From: an uncultured Actinomycetota bacterium
GTDB taxonomy: Bacteria > Actinomycetota > Actinomycetes > CAVWCF01
DNA: 64,000 nt
Assembly (NCBI GenBank): GCA_963753435.1
Contig: CAVWCF010000001.1
Location: 224,001 to 288,000 of the forward strand
Direction: 5' to 3'
This document shows, piece by piece, positions 8,485-18,530 of this stretch; the first letter of the stretch is position 1; every line of letters starts with the position of its first letter. A model generated the notes under the pieces. That model searched no databases and was not told the DNA's origin. It saw only the letters and a list, made by a program, of their open reading frames with translations. The translations under genes and the position numbers were made by a program.

Positions 8485-9081
8485 GTGGTTGACGAGAGCA
8501 AGCAGCACACCGCGGAACCACCCGCCATGGACCTGGGGCAGGACACGTTGTTTCACTCCGGCCCAGCTGCGCCGCTACCGGCCGACGTCGGATATCGCGG
8601 ACCCACGGCCTGCTCCGCAGCCGGAATCACGTATCGGCAGTTGGACTACTGGGCCCGCACCGGTCTCGTTGAACCGGGGATCCGTCCGGCGTCTGGATCG
8701 GGCACCCAGCGGCTGTACAGCTTCCGGGACATCCTGGTCCTGAAGATCGTCAAACGGCTTCTGGACGCGGGTGTCTCACTGCAGCAGATTCGCAAGGCCG
8801 TCGAGCACTTGGCCGACAGGGGTGTGCAGGACCTGACGCAGATCACGCTGATGAGCGATGGGGCGTCGGTCTACGAATGCACCTCCAGCGATGAGGTCGT
8901 CGACCTGCTGGCCGGTGGTCAGGGTGTCTTCGGCATCGCGGTGGGCCGGGTTTGGCAGGAGGTCGAAGGCTCCCTGGCCGAAATGCCGGGTGAGCGGGCC
9001 GAGGATTCCGAGATCGCAATTGACGAAGCCGCGCACCCTGACGATGAACTGGCGGCGCGTCGTCGCCGCCGCACCGGCTGA
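8485..9081 (+). CDS. MerR family transcriptional regulator (McdR/Rv1830-like)
   Basis: GGAGG SD then GTG 8485; GYRGPTAC.AAGITYRQLDYWARTGLV.P.IR.A.GSG.QRLYSF, SDGASVYECTS. Confidence 0.9.
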   Translation: MVDESKQHTAEPPAMDLGQDTLFHSGPAAPLPADVGYRGPTACSAAGITYRQLDYWARTGLVEPGIRPASGSGTQRLYSFRDILVLKIVKRLLDAGVSLQQIRKAVEHLADRGVQDLTQITLMSDGASVYECTSSDEVVDLLAGGQGVFGIAVGRVWQEVEGSLAEMPGERAEDSEIAIDEAAHPDDELAARRRRRTG

Positions 9082-9114
9082 CGCCGGCCCGGCCGCTAGG
9101 CTTGCCGCGTCGCT

Positions 9115-9292
9115 GACCCCGGGCGGGAGAGTTCCGTCGCCGCCAGCGGCGGGCGCCGAAGGAGCAACACCCCGAAACCTCTCAGGCACCCAGGACCGCC
9201 CGGGTGAGACACCTCTGGAAAGCGGCCTACGGGCCCGCCGACGGTGCAAGGGCGCACAGCCCGAAGCTCTCAGGCTCCGATGACAGAGGGGG
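9115..9292 (+). ncRNA. Tandem glycine riboswitch (two aptamers)
   Basis: Aptamer 1: GGGAGAG...CGCCGAAGGAGCAA...CTCTCAGGC. Aptamer 2: CTCTGGAAAG...CGCCGACGGTGCAA...CTCTCAGGC...GACAGAGG. Directly upstream of gcvP; -10 TAGGCT at 9097-9102. Confidence 0.92.
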
Positions 9293-9320
9293 CGTCGATC
9301 TCGGCCGCCTGGAGGAGCCC

Positions 9321-12173
9321 ATGAGCACCGACTTTTCGAATCGTCACATCGGCTGCACGCCTTCGCAGCGGTCCGAGATGTTGGCCGCAATCGGCCTGCC
9401 TGACGAGCGGGCGCTGATTGCCGATGTGCTACCCGAAGTCATTCGCGAGGACGAGCCGCTTGCCTTGCCGCCGGCTCTGTCGGAGGCCGAACTGGAGGCC
9501 CGGCTCCGCGAGCTGGCCGCCAAGAACACCGTCCTGACCTCGATGATCGGGATGGGTTACCACGGCACCGTCACGCCGCCGGTGATCCGACGCAACGTTC
9601 TGGAGAGCCCCGCCTGGTACACCGCATACACGCCCTACCAGCCGGAGATCAGTCAAGGGCGCCTCGAGGCGCTGCTGAACTTCCAGACTCTCGTCGAGGA
9701 CCTGGCCGGACTGCCGACGGCGAACGCCTCGCTGCTGGACGAGGCAACTGCGGCCGCTGAGGCCATGGCTTTGGCCCGCCGCGTCGATCGGTCCGACGCA
9801 GGCGCCTTCTTGGTCGACGTGGAACTACATCCCCAGGTGCGGGCCGTCCTGCAGACGCGGGCGGAAGCGTCGGGCGTTCTGCTCATCGATGCCGACCTGA
9901 CCGGACCCTGGCCGGACGAGGCGGTCTTCGGGGTATTGGTACAGACACCGGGCACCACCGGGCGGCTGCCGGACGTCGCGGACGTCGCGGCGCGGGCGCA
10001 CGACCGGGGTGCACTGTGCGTCGTCTCCGCTGATCCGCTGGCGATGGTGTTGTTGCGGTCCCCGGGGGAGTCGGGGGCGGACATCGTCGTCGGATCCCTT
10101 CAGCGGTTCGGGGTGCCCATGGGCTTCGGCGGGCCGCACGCCGCGTTCATGGCCGTGCGCTCCGGACTTGAACGCCAGCTGCCGGGCCGGTTGGTCGGGG
10201 TCTCGGTGGACGCCGACGGCCGGGGCGGGTATCGCCTGGCCCTGCAGACTCGGGAACAGCACATCCGGCGCGACAAGGCGACCAGCAACATCTGCACCGC
10301 CCAGGTGCTGCTGGCGATCGTCTCGGCGATGTATGCGGTGTACCACGGTGCCGACGGGCTGCGCAGCATCGCGTGGCACACGGCCGACTCGGCACGCCGG
10401 CTCGCTGCGGCGTTGCGATCGGGCGGGTTGTCGCTGCGGCACGAGGAGTTCTTCGACACCGTTGTGGTGGAGGTTCCAGGGGCGGCGCGCTCCGTGGTTG
10501 ACGAAGCCCGATTACGCGGCATCAACCTGCGGCTGCTGGACGAGGACGCCGTGGGGGTGAGCACTGACGAAACGACCACGGACGCACACCTATTGGCGGT
10601 TTGCGCGGCCTTCGGCGTGCCCGAGTCGTTGCCTGCTGCGAATGAATCGGCACCCACGCTGCCTGCGGAGTTGCTCCGCACCGGGCCGCTGTTGACCCAT
10701 CCGGTGTTCAGCAACTACCAGACCGAGACGGAGATGTTGCGGTACCTGCGGCGTCTCTCCGACCGTGACCTGGCCTTGGACCGGACGATGATTCCGCTCG
10801 GCTCGTGCACCATGAAGCTGAACGCAACCGCGGAGATGGAGCCGATCAGTTGGCCGGAGTTCGCCAACCTGCACCCGTATGCGCCGGCTGAGCAGGCCGG
10901 CGGCACGCTGGAACTGATCGAGGAACTCGGACACATGCTGGCCGAGGTCACCGGGTACGCGGCGGTTTCGGTGCAGCCCAACGCCGGCTCCCAGGGCGAA
11001 TTCGCCGGCCTGTTGGCGATCCGCGCCTATCACCGTGATCGCGGCGAACCGCAGCGGGAGGTCTGCCTGATCCCGTCCTCGGCGCATGGAACGAACGCGG
11101 CCAGCGCGGTGATGGCGGGGATGCAGGTCAGCGTCGTCGCCTGCGACGACGCCGGGGATGTGGATGTCGTCGACCTGAAGGACCAGATCGCAGCGGCGGG
11201 CGACCGACTGGCCGCGCTGATGATCACGTACCCGAGCACCCATGGTGTGTTCGAGGAACACATCGCCGAGATCTGCGCGATGGTGCATGACGCCGGAGGT
11301 CAGGTGTACGTGGACGGCGCCAACCTCAACGCCCTAGTCGGATTGGCCCGGCCGGGACGATTCGGTGCCGATGTCAGTCATCTGAACTTGCACAAGACGT
11401 TTTGCATCCCTCACGGCGGGGGCGGGCCGGGCGTCGGCCCGGTGGCCGTCGCTGACCACCTTGTGGCCTATCTGCCGTCCCACCCACTGGCCGCCACTGG
11501 GGGAGTAGGGCCGGTGGCGGCAGCGCCGTTCGGTTCCGCGCTCGTTCTGCCGATCTCCTGGGCGTATCTGCGGCTAATGGGTCCGCAGGGGCTTCGGGAC
11601 GCCACGGTCGCGGCGATCCTGTCCGCCAACTACATAGCAACGAGGCTCAAGTCCCATTACCCGGTCCTGTACAGCGGCCGTGACGGTCTGGTTGCGCATG
11701 AATGCATCGTGGACTTGCGCGACATCACCAAGCACACCGGCGTCACGGTGGAGGACGTTGCCAAGCGGCTGATCGACTACGGCTTCCATGCGCCGACGAT
11801 GGCGTTCCCGGTAGCCGGCACGCTGATGATCGAACCCACCGAGTCGGAGAGCTTGGCTGAGTTGGACCGCTTCTGCGACGCGATGATCGCGATCCGCGGC
11901 GAAATCGCCCAGGTTGCTGATGGGACCTTGGATCGGGAAGACAACCCGCTCAAGCGCGCACCCCACCCGGTCGCTGCCGTCCTCGGGTGGGACCGGGCGT
12001 ACCCCTTGGAGTTGGGGGTCTTCCCGACCGGTAGTCAGGACAAGTACTTCCCGCCCGTATCCCGAATTGATTCGGCCTTTGGAGACCGGAACTTGGTCTG
12101 CTCCTGCCCTCCCGTGGAAGCCTTCGCGCAAAGCAATGCGGAAGGTCAGGCAAGCCCTTCGGGGATTGTCTGA
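9321..12173 (+). CDS. gcvP: Glycine dehydrogenase (decarboxylating), P protein
   Basis: [49 protein letters not shown]-Lys motif [19 protein letters not shown]; GGAGG SD before ATG 9321. Confidence 0.97.
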   Translation: MSTDFSNRHIGCTPSQRSEMLAAIGLPDERALIADVLPEVIREDEPLALPPALSEAELEARLRELAAKNTVLTSMIGMGYHGTVTPPVIRRNVLESPAWYTAYTPYQPEISQGRLEALLNFQTLVEDLAGLPTANASLLDEATAAAEAMALARRVDRSDAGAFLVDVELHPQVRAVLQTRAEASGVLLIDADLTGPWPDEAVFGVLVQTPGTTGRLPDVADVAARAHDRGALCVVSADPLAMVLLRSPGESGADIVVGSLQRFGVPMGFGGPHAAFMAVRSGLERQLPGRLVGVSVDADGRGGYRLALQTREQHIRRDKATSNICTAQVLLAIVSAMYAVYHGADGLRSIAWHTADSARRLAAALRSGGLSLRHEEFFDTVVVEVPGAARSVVDEARLRGINLRLLDEDAVGVSTDETTTDAHLLAVCAAFGVPESLPAANESAPTLPAELLRTGPLLTHPVFSNYQTETEMLRYLRRLSDRDLALDRTMIPLGSCTMKLNATAEMEPISWPEFANLHPYAPAEQAGGTLELIEELGHMLAEVTGYAAVSVQPNAGSQGEFAGLLAIRAYHRDRGEPQREVCLIPSSAHGTNAASAVMAGMQVSVVACDDAGDVDVVDLKDQIAAAGDRLAALMITYPSTHGVFEEHIAEICAMVHDAGGQVYVDGANLNALVGLARPGRFGADVSHLNLHKTFCIPHGGGGPGVGPVAVADHLVAYLPSHPLAATGGVGPVAAAPFGSALVLPISWAYLRLMGPQGLRDATVAAILSANYIATRLKSHYPVLYSGRDGLVAHECIVDLRDITKHTGVTVEDVAKRLIDYGFHAPTMAFPVAGTLMIEPTESESLAELDRFCDAMIAIRGEIAQVADGTLDREDNPLKRAPHPVAAVLGWDRAYPLELGVFPTGSQDKYFPPVSRIDSAFGDRNLVCSCPPVEAFAQSNAEGQASPSGIV

Positions 12174-12469
12174 CCGAGTTGGTCGCTCAAGCCGCCAGTG
12201 GCGGAGTCAACGGAGTCAGTGACTGAAGTAGTGGCGTCCGTGATGCCGTCGGTCACACCGGTGGCTGCGTCGGAAAGACCGTCGGTCACGCCAGTCGCTG
12301 CGTCAGAAAGCCCGTCCGACAAGCCGGTCGCGGCCTCGGTCACGCCGGCAATCAGGTCGGATGCACCGGAGGCCCCGCCTTCGATCAGAGACTGGACCTG
12401 ATCGGTCACACCGCCCAGATCGATGTCGCCGCCACCAAGAATCCCCTTGAGGGAGTCAAGAAGGCCCAT
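12146..12469 (-). CDS. Small acidic hypothetical protein with 11-aa repeats
   Basis: AAGGAG SD, -10 TAGCCT; [14 protein letters not shown]-terminus followed by [11 protein letters not shown]-type repeats. Confidence 0.65.
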   Translation of the reverse strand: MGLLDSLKGILGGGDIDLGGVTDQVQSLIEGGASGASDLIAGVTEAATGLSDGLSDAATGVTDGLSDAATGVTDGITDATTSVTDSVDSATGGLSDQLGQTIPEGLA

Positions 12470-12573
12470 GACCAACTCCTTCTGCCGTTGCCGCGTCGCA
12501 TCGCGGGCGTGAAACGAGGCTAGGCCAGGTCTGGGCTTCGTGCCTGGTGGGGGATTCGGGGAGGGGAGGGGTC

Positions 12574-13056
12574 CTACGTGCGACCTTCTCCCTCCTGGGC
12601 CGCGAACAGTGACGGTTGTTCGGCCATCCAGTCGGCGTGCAGCACGGTGAAGCCGGCCCGCCGTAGTGCGCGCACCACTGCGATGTCATCGTCCACGCAT
12701 ACGGCGACAGTGGCGTCACTGGCTAGGCGAAGAACGACCTCGGTCTTCATGGCGCTGCTGGGCCGTCGGTCGGAGTTGCGGCGCATGAGGAGTCGGCCCT
12801 GAGGCAGACCATGTTCGGTAAGCCAACCGGTGGTGTCCTGCCGGCAGCGCTCCGGGCGCCCGGTCAGGTAGACGATCTCGTGGTCGCTGGCCAACTTCGC
12901 CACAACCGCGCGGCCCTCGGCCAGCAACGGGTCGTTCGGTGCATCTGCAAAGAACCCGTCCCAGTCCTTGGGCCTGGACTGCAGGTGGTGCAACCGGTGA
13001 CGCACGTCGGCCAGGACTCCATCCAGGTCCACGGTGGCCAGCGGTCGAGCACTCAC
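12574..13056 (-). CDS. HAD-superfamily phosphatase (polynucleotide kinase 3'-phosphatase-like)
   Basis: DLDGVLAD, LTGRPE, MR..SDRRP...K, VDDD motifs; leaderless GTG after TAACGT. Confidence 0.8.
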   Translation of the reverse strand: MSARPLATVDLDGVLADVRHRLHHLQSRPKDWDGFFADAPNDPLLAEGRAVVAKLASDHEIVYLTGRPERCRQDTTGWLTEHGLPQGRLLMRRNSDRRPSSAMKTEVVLRLASDATVAVCVDDDIAVVRALRRAGFTVLHADWMAEQPSLFAAQEGEGRT

Positions 13057-13088
13057 CCGGTGGACGTTATCGGGCCTACGGTGTCGAC

Positions 13089-13574
13089 ATGACTGACCTG
13101 ACCGCTGTCGTGGGAACGCAGATGACGACCCAGGTGCCGATGGCCGCCACATTGGGACTGCGCTTCGTGTCCGTGACCCGCGACGAGGCCGTACTGGAGT
13201 TGCCAGATGCCGCCCCGTGGCGCAATCACGTTGGTGGCCCCCATGTCGGGGCGATGTTCACCCTCGCCGAAACGGCTACCGGTGCGCTGCTGCTGGCCAA
13301 CATGGGCGACCTACTCGGTGTGGTCACCCCGCTAGCGAAAGACGTGCACATGAACCTGCTGGCCCTCGCTCGCGGCGATGTCACCGCCTCGGCGAGGTTC
13401 ACCGAAGACGGCAGCGGCGGGACGGGCGCGCGGATCCGCCGGCAGATAGAAGCGGGGGAGCGGCCGGAGTGCAGCATCGACGTGGAACTGCGGGATGGGC
13501 AGCGACAGACAGGTGCGGTGCGCATCGATTGGGCGTTCGTTGCGACGCCTGGGGCAGGTGGGTCCGGGCGGTGA
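13089..13574 (+). CDS. Hotdog-fold thioesterase (PaaI/DUF4442-like)
   Basis: NHVGGPHVGAMFTLAE motif; ATG 13089 after -10 TACGGT. Confidence 0.8.
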   Translation: MTDLTAVVGTQMTTQVPMAATLGLRFVSVTRDEAVLELPDAAPWRNHVGGPHVGAMFTLAETATGALLLANMGDLLGVVTPLAKDVHMNLLALARGDVTASARFTEDGSGGTGARIRRQIEAGERPECSIDVELRDGQRQTGAVRIDWAFVATPGAGGSGR

Positions 13575-13601
13575 CGCTCCACATATGCCACGCTCGTACC
13601 C

Positions 13602-15080
13602 GTGGGTGAAGACGTAGCAGCGGCCGGGTTCAGCCGCGAAGACCGCCGCCGGCACCGGGACAAGCTCGGGCGCTGTGTAGACGCATTGGAACTGATGCTG
13701 GCGGAATCCTCTTTCGACTTTGAGCGGCCCATGACCGGGCTGGAGGTCGAACTGAACCTGGTGGGGGATGACTACGACCCGGCGATGCGCAACGAGCAGG
13801 TGCTGAACGCCATCGCCGACCCGGCGTTCCAAACCGAACTGGGGCAGTTCAACCTCGAGATCAACGTGTCCCCGCGAACACTTCGCGATGACGGAGCGGT
13901 CGAGCTGGAAAAGCAATTGCGCGACTCACTGAACAACGCCGATGCGGTCGCATCTCAACATGGCGCACACATCGTCATGATCGGCACTTTGCCCACGCTG
14001 CAAGCGGAACACCTCTCGCCACAGGCGATGAGCCGCAACCCCCGGTACGCGCTTCTGAACGAACAGATGCTGGCCGAACGCGGCGAGGACATCGAGTTGG
14101 ACATCCGTGGGCCGTCGGAGCGGCTGCAGTTGCACGCGGACTCGATCCTGCCGGAGGCGGCTTGCACGTCCGTGCAGTTCCACCTGCAGGTCAGCCCGGA
14201 CGAGTTCGCCACCTACTGGAACGCGGCGCAGAGCGTGGCGGCAGTACAGGTGGCGCTGGCTGCGAACTCACCGTTCCTGTTCGGGCGGGAGCTGTGGCGG
14301 GAGACCCGGATCCCGCTGTTCGAGCAGGCAACCGACACGAGGTCTGCGGAACTGCGCGCGCAGGGCGTGCGCCCACGGGTCTGGTTCGGGGAGCGCTGGA
14401 TCACCAGTGTGTTCGACCTGTACATGGAGAACATCACCTTCTTCCCGCCGTTGCTGCCGATCACCCAGGACGAGGACCCTCTGGAGGTGCTTGCCGCCGG
14501 TGGGGTGCCGAACCTGGGTGAGTTGCGGCTGCACAACGGCACCATTTGGCGCTGGAACCGACCGGTCTACGACGTCGTCGACGGCCGGCCGCATCTGCGG
14601 GTGGAAAACCGCGTGCTTCCGTCCGGCCCAACCGTCGTCGACATTCTGGCCAACGGCGCCTTGTACTTCGGTCTCGTCCGATCGCTAGTTGAAGCGGATC
14701 GTCCCGTCTGGAGCCAGCTCTCGTTCAGCGCCGCCCGCGAGAACCTGGAAACCGCGGCACAGCACGGCATCGATGCGAACATCTTCTGGCCGGGAATCGG
14801 TGAGGTTCCGGTCACCGAACTCGTCCTTCGCCACCTGCTGCCGATGGCGCAGGCCGGCTTGGAGACGTGGGCGGTAGACGGGGCTGTGATCGACCGGTTA
14901 CTGGGAGTCATCGAGGGGCGATGCCTGGCCAGCCAGAACGGCGCCACGTGGCAGGTGGACCGGGTTCGCAAGGCCCAAAACCAAGGCGCCTCCCGGGAAC
15001 AGGCGCTGCGGGAGATGACGCGGGACTACTGCGTGCTGATGCACGCCAACCAGCCGGTCCACACCTGGCCGCTGGGCTAG
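13602..15080 (+). CDS. Glutamate--cysteine ligase family (GCS2) protein
   Basis: GLEVELNL, ELGQFNLEIN, EAACTSVQFHLQV, ANSPFLFG, LHNGTIWRWNRP, RVENRVLPSGPT. Confidence 0.88.
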   Translation: MGEDVAAAGFSREDRRRHRDKLGRCVDALELMLAESSFDFERPMTGLEVELNLVGDDYDPAMRNEQVLNAIADPAFQTELGQFNLEINVSPRTLRDDGAVELEKQLRDSLNNADAVASQHGAHIVMIGTLPTLQAEHLSPQAMSRNPRYALLNEQMLAERGEDIELDIRGPSERLQLHADSILPEAACTSVQFHLQVSPDEFATYWNAAQSVAAVQVALAANSPFLFGRELWRETRIPLFEQATDTRSAELRAQGVRPRVWFGERWITSVFDLYMENITFFPPLLPITQDEDPLEVLAAGGVPNLGELRLHNGTIWRWNRPVYDVVDGRPHLRVENRVLPSGPTVVDILANGALYFGLVRSLVEADRPVWSQLSFSAARENLETAAQHGIDANIFWPGIGEVPVTELVLRHLLPMAQAGLETWAVDGAVIDRLLGVIEGRCLASQNGATWQVDRVRKAQNQGASREQALREMTRDYCVLMHANQPVHTWPLG

Positions 15081-15105
15081 CTGGGGGATCAGGCCTCAGA
15101 AGGCC

Positions 15106-15133
15106 ACTTGACATAATGTTCATTATCGGCTCA
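15106..15133 (-). other. Chromosomal dif site (XerC/XerD recombination site)
   Basis: Minus strand reads TGAGCCGATAA-TGAACA-TTATGTCAAGT: 11-6-11 layout matching the actinobacterial dif consensus. Intergenic; gene orientation flips here. Confidence 0.9.
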
Positions 15134-15242
15134 ATGTGAGTGGAGCCGGCCACCCTTCTCGAAACGTCGAAAAGGTGCAGTTTGCGCATCCGTTCAGGCC
15201 AGCAAGAACGAATACCCCAATGACGATGCACGCGGCGTGAAC

Positions 15243-15268
15243 GGAATGAACTAGGTCATAAGGGCGTT
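15243..15268 (+). promoter_or_regulatory. SigR/SigH-type ECF promoter of rbpA
   Basis: GGAAT-N18-GTT exactly, 20 bp before the rbpA ATG, with GGAGG SD. Confidence 0.75.
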
Positions 15269-15288
15269 GGACGGCATAGGAGGCGTGA

Positions 15289-15690
15289 ATGTCTGACAGG
15301 TCGCTGAAGGGCACCCGGCTCGGGGTTACCAGTTACGAGAACGAGTCGCTGGCGGAGTTGGCTCCGCGGCAATCGTTCGAGTTCAAGTGCCCGAACGGTC
15401 ACACCACCAGCGTGACCTTCGCCGAGGAAGGCGACGCCCCAGGCGTATGGGAGTGCCGGGTCTGCGGCGCCCAAGCGCGGCGACAGGGCGGTCGCATCCC
15501 GGAACAGCGTGCCGTCAGGCCGGTCCGGACCCACTGGGACATGCTTCTGGAGCGCCGCTCGGTCGACGACCTCGAGTTGTTGCTCAATGAGCGCCTGGAG
15601 TGGCTGCGCAACGAGGACGGTGCCGACACTCCGCATTCAGACCACCACCGATCCGCCGCCGAGGCCTCTCGGCGCAAGAAGACCGCTTGA
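15289..15690 (+). CDS. rbpA: RNA polymerase-binding protein RbpA
   Basis: RSLKGTRLG..SYE, LAPRQ, CPNGH...WECRVCG, RTHWDMLLERRS..DLE.LL.ERL. Confidence 0.95.
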   Translation: MSDRSLKGTRLGVTSYENESLAELAPRQSFEFKCPNGHTTSVTFAEEGDAPGVWECRVCGAQARRQGGRIPEQRAVRPVRTHWDMLLERRSVDDLELLLNERLEWLRNEDGADTPHSDHHRSAAEASRRKKTA

Positions 15691-15710
15691 ATCCCCTCCC
15701 CCTGCAAGAT

Positions 15711-15740
15711 CGAAATGACCCGCGAAAGCGGGTCATTTCG
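15711..15740. terminator. Perfect hairpin between convergent rbpA and fxsA (probable bidirectional terminator)
   Basis: CGAAATGACCCGC-GAAA-GCGGGTCATTTCG: 13-bp stem with a GNRA loop. Confidence 0.8.
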
Positions 15741-15768
15741 CTGTTCGAGGCAATCGCGGGTTGCCGCC

Positions 15769-16248
15769 TTACTGCGGCCCGCCCGGTGGTGGCCCCGCTG
15801 GTGGTGGCAGCTGCGGAGGGGCAGGCGGGTCGGGGTCTGGATCGTTCCGGATCACTTCCCCGGTGATGACGGTGTACTGCGCGCTGATCGGGCCCACGCG
15901 GCCGGCGAACCTTCGGGTGATGCGCTCGCGGGCCCATGCCTGAACCGGCGGAATCAGGAGGACGGCTCCCAGGAGCCCGGACAGGATGCCCGGTATCAGT
16001 AGCAGCAAGCCCGCCAGCCACCTCGTGAACAGGTCCAGGTCTTCGATTCGGGCACTGGCCGGGTCGGCGCCGAGTTGCTGCGCCCGCCTGCGGGCCGATC
16101 GGGTGGCAGCCCGCAGCACGAACCAACCCGCCACGCTCAGTCCCACCAAGAGGAACAGGGCAACGGCGGCACCGGCCCAATCAGCAATGAGCGCCACGAC
16201 TGCGGCTTCGCCGAGCAGCCACAGAAACAGCGCCAGGAGCACGATCAT
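15769..16248 (-). CDS. fxsA: FxsA family membrane protein
   Basis: AGLLLLIPGILSGLLG.VLLIPP motif, VITGEV tail; synteny with ppm1-lnt-rbpA. Confidence 0.8.
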   Translation of the reverse strand: MIVLLALFLWLLGEAAVVALIADWAGAAVALFLLVGLSVAGWFVLRAATRSARRRAQQLGADPASARIEDLDLFTRWLAGLLLLIPGILSGLLGAVLLIPPVQAWARERITRRFAGRVGPISAQYTVITGEVIRNDPDPDPPAPPQLPPPAGPPPGGPQ

Positions 16249-16994
16249 CAGTCGGCTCGCCGGGTCCGCATCCTCGCCCAGCGATCCTGTGCGCCCCAGG
16301 CAGTAACGCGACCCAATGCCTCGGCCACGATGGCCGGACTCATCTTCGACGTCCCGGCGGAGCGTTCGACGAACGTGATCGGCACCTCGACGACGCGAAG
16401 TCCGGCTCGTAGCGCGCGCCAGGCCACGTCCACCTGGAAGCAGTAGCCGGAGGACTGCACGTCGTCCAGTTCCATGGCATCGAGGGCAGAAGTGCGGATC
16501 GCGCGATATCCCCCGGTGGCATCCCGAAGCGGCACGCCCAGGGCCATTCGGGTGTAGCGATTTCCGCCGCGGGACAGCAGTAGGCGGTGCTTGGGCCAGT
16601 TCTTGACCTCACCGCCGGGGATCCAACGCGAGCCCAGGACGAGGTCGGCTCCCGCCAACGCTCCCAGCAGCCGCGGCAGTTCCTCTGGTTGATGGGAACC
16701 GTCGGCGTCCATCTCCACTACGGCGTCGTAGCCGCGCTCCTTTGCCCAGGCGAACCCGGCGAGGTAGGCACGACCGAGGCCGTCCTTGCTGGTGCGGTGC
16801 ATGACGTGTACTTGACCGTCAGCCGCGGCCAGCGACTCGGCAATGTCGCCCGTCCCGTCGGGGCTGCCGTCGTCCACGACCAGAATGTCCACGTCCGGAG
16901 TGGCCGCACGAACCCGGGCGACGATCTTCTCCAGGTTCTCCGACTCGTTGTAGGTGGGGATCACGACCAGGACCCGCTCAACGGGTTCTCTCAC
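16248..16994 (-). CDS. ppm1: Polyprenol monophosphomannose synthase (GT2)
   Basis: VIPTYNE, VDDGSPDGTG, GLGRAYLAGF, EMDADGSH, GYCFQVD; directly downstream of lnt. Confidence 0.92.
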   Translation of the reverse strand: MREPVERVLVVIPTYNESENLEKIVARVRAATPDVDILVVDDGSPDGTGDIAESLAAADGQVHVMHRTSKDGLGRAYLAGFAWAKERGYDAVVEMDADGSHQPEELPRLLGALAGADLVLGSRWIPGGEVKNWPKHRLLLSRGGNRYTRMALGVPLRDATGGYRAIRTSALDAMELDDVQSSGYCFQVDVAWRALRAGLRVVEVPITFVERSAGTSKMSPAIVAEALGRVTAWGAQDRWARMRTRRAD

Positions 16995-18520
16995 GCGGCT
17001 TCCTCCACAATCGCAGCCCGGCGCCGGGCACCAACGACAAGCATGCCTGCTGAGACCAGTCCGGCGAACAGCAGCACCCATTCGACGCCGCGGCCAAGTC
17101 TGGTCCCCCAGGTCAACTCCGTGAATTGTTCCAGGTCGGCGGTCAGTGTGGCCTGGGTGAACTCCGCGGTTGCCTGACGCAGGTTGCCGTCCGGGCCGAT
17201 GACAGCGCTGATGCCACTGGTAGCCGCTACGGCGGTGGTGCGCCCGTGCTCCATCGCCCGCAGCCTGGTGATCTGCAATTGCTGTTCGGGCTGACCGGTT
17301 CGACCGTAGGTGGCGTTGTTCGTCTGCACGGCAATGAACTCACCCCCGGCAGCGACGTGCTCGGCCACCAACGGGCCGTCGGCGATCTCGAAGCAGATCA
17401 CGATCCCTGCTTTGGCCGGGCCGATCTGTAGCACTCCTACCTCGGTCCCGGCGATGAAGTCACGCGGCACCCGATCAAACCGGGTGATCACCCCCTCCAG
17501 GAGGGACCGGAACGGCACGTACTCCCCGAACGGAACTGGATGCCGTTTCACATACCGCTGCCCCGGACCGTCCTGCGGGTCCCAAACGATCGACGTGTTC
17601 GCCACGCGGGTGGGGTCATCGGTGCCCACGACTGCGCCGACGAGGATCGGTGCGTCGATGTCGGCCGCGGCGGAGTCGATGAGATCTCGCGTCCTTGTGT
17701 CCGTGAACGGGTCCAGGTCGGTGGAGTTCTCCGGCCAGAGCACCAGCTGCGGCTGCACGGCGCGTCCGGCGGCCACCTCGTCGGCCAGGGCCGCGGTGGC
17801 CTGCACATGGTTGCGGAGCACTTGCCGCGATTGCCCCAGGAAGTCCAGCCCCAACCGCGGGACATTTCCCTGCACGATCGCCGCGTTGACCCGGTCGGTC
17901 GGCTGCAGGTCGGGCAGCGGCACCGGGACCACAGCGATGGCGGCTGCGGCGATCAGCGCAACCACCACGCCGCGCCGGCCGGGGACGCGACGGATCCGTC
18001 GCGCCGCGTACACGAGGAGACCGGCAGCTGAAACCAGCAGGAACCCGACCAGCGGCAGACCGCCGTAGGCGGACCAGTGGGCCGTCGGAGCATCCGCCGA
18101 GGCCATGGCCACCTGACCCCAGGTGAAGCCGCCGAACGGGAAGCGGGCGCGGATCGCTTCGCCGGCCACCCATACCGCCGCGACCAGGAACGGGGTGAGC
18201 AGGCGTTCGAACCTGGCCAGGCCGATGACTGCGCCAGCCGCCGCCGCGTACAGCGCGCAGACCAGGGCCAGCCCGATCCACGCGTCGGGCCCGATGACAT
18301 CGAGCCACTGCAGTAGGACCAGGAAGTATGCGGCGGCGCTGAGGCCGCCGATGATCGCCCCGCGCCGGGCCCCGGCACCGCCAATGGCGCCCAGCATCAG
18401 CGCCAGCGCCGGCACGGTCAGCGGCCACCAGCCGGTGGGTTCGAAACTGAGGCCAAGCAGCACGCCACCGGCGACACCCAAAGGCACCCGCCACAGCAAC
18501 GACCGCCAGCCACCTCCCAT
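16991..18520 (-). CDS. lnt: Apolipoprotein N-acyltransferase
   Basis: PFGGF.WG, VQGNVP, WPENS, YVKRHPVPFGEYVP, ICFE, TNNA; multiple TM segments. Confidence 0.95.
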   Translation of the reverse strand: MGGGWRSLLWRVPLGVAGGVLLGLSFEPTGWWPLTVPALALMLGAIGGAGARRGAIIGGLSAAAYFLVLLQWLDVIGPDAWIGLALVCALYAAAAGAVIGLARFERLLTPFLVAAVWVAGEAIRARFPFGGFTWGQVAMASADAPTAHWSAYGGLPLVGFLLVSAAGLLVYAARRIRRVPGRRGVVVALIAAAAIAVVPVPLPDLQPTDRVNAAIVQGNVPRLGLDFLGQSRQVLRNHVQATAALADEVAAGRAVQPQLVLWPENSTDLDPFTDTRTRDLIDSAAADIDAPILVGAVVGTDDPTRVANTSIVWDPQDGPGQRYVKRHPVPFGEYVPFRSLLEGVITRFDRVPRDFIAGTEVGVLQIGPAKAGIVICFEIADGPLVAEHVAAGGEFIAVQTNNATYGRTGQPEQQLQITRLRAMEHGRTTAVAATSGISAVIGPDGNLRQATAEFTQATLTADLEQFTELTWGTRLGRGVEWVLLFAGLVSAGMLVVGARRRAAIVEEAA

Positions 18521-18530
18521 TCGGTGAACG

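Noticed and set aside
12190-12350. 33-bp periodic repeats as a CRISPR-like array
   Set aside because: The units are contiguous, have no spacers and vary mainly at codon third positions, so this is a coding repeat.
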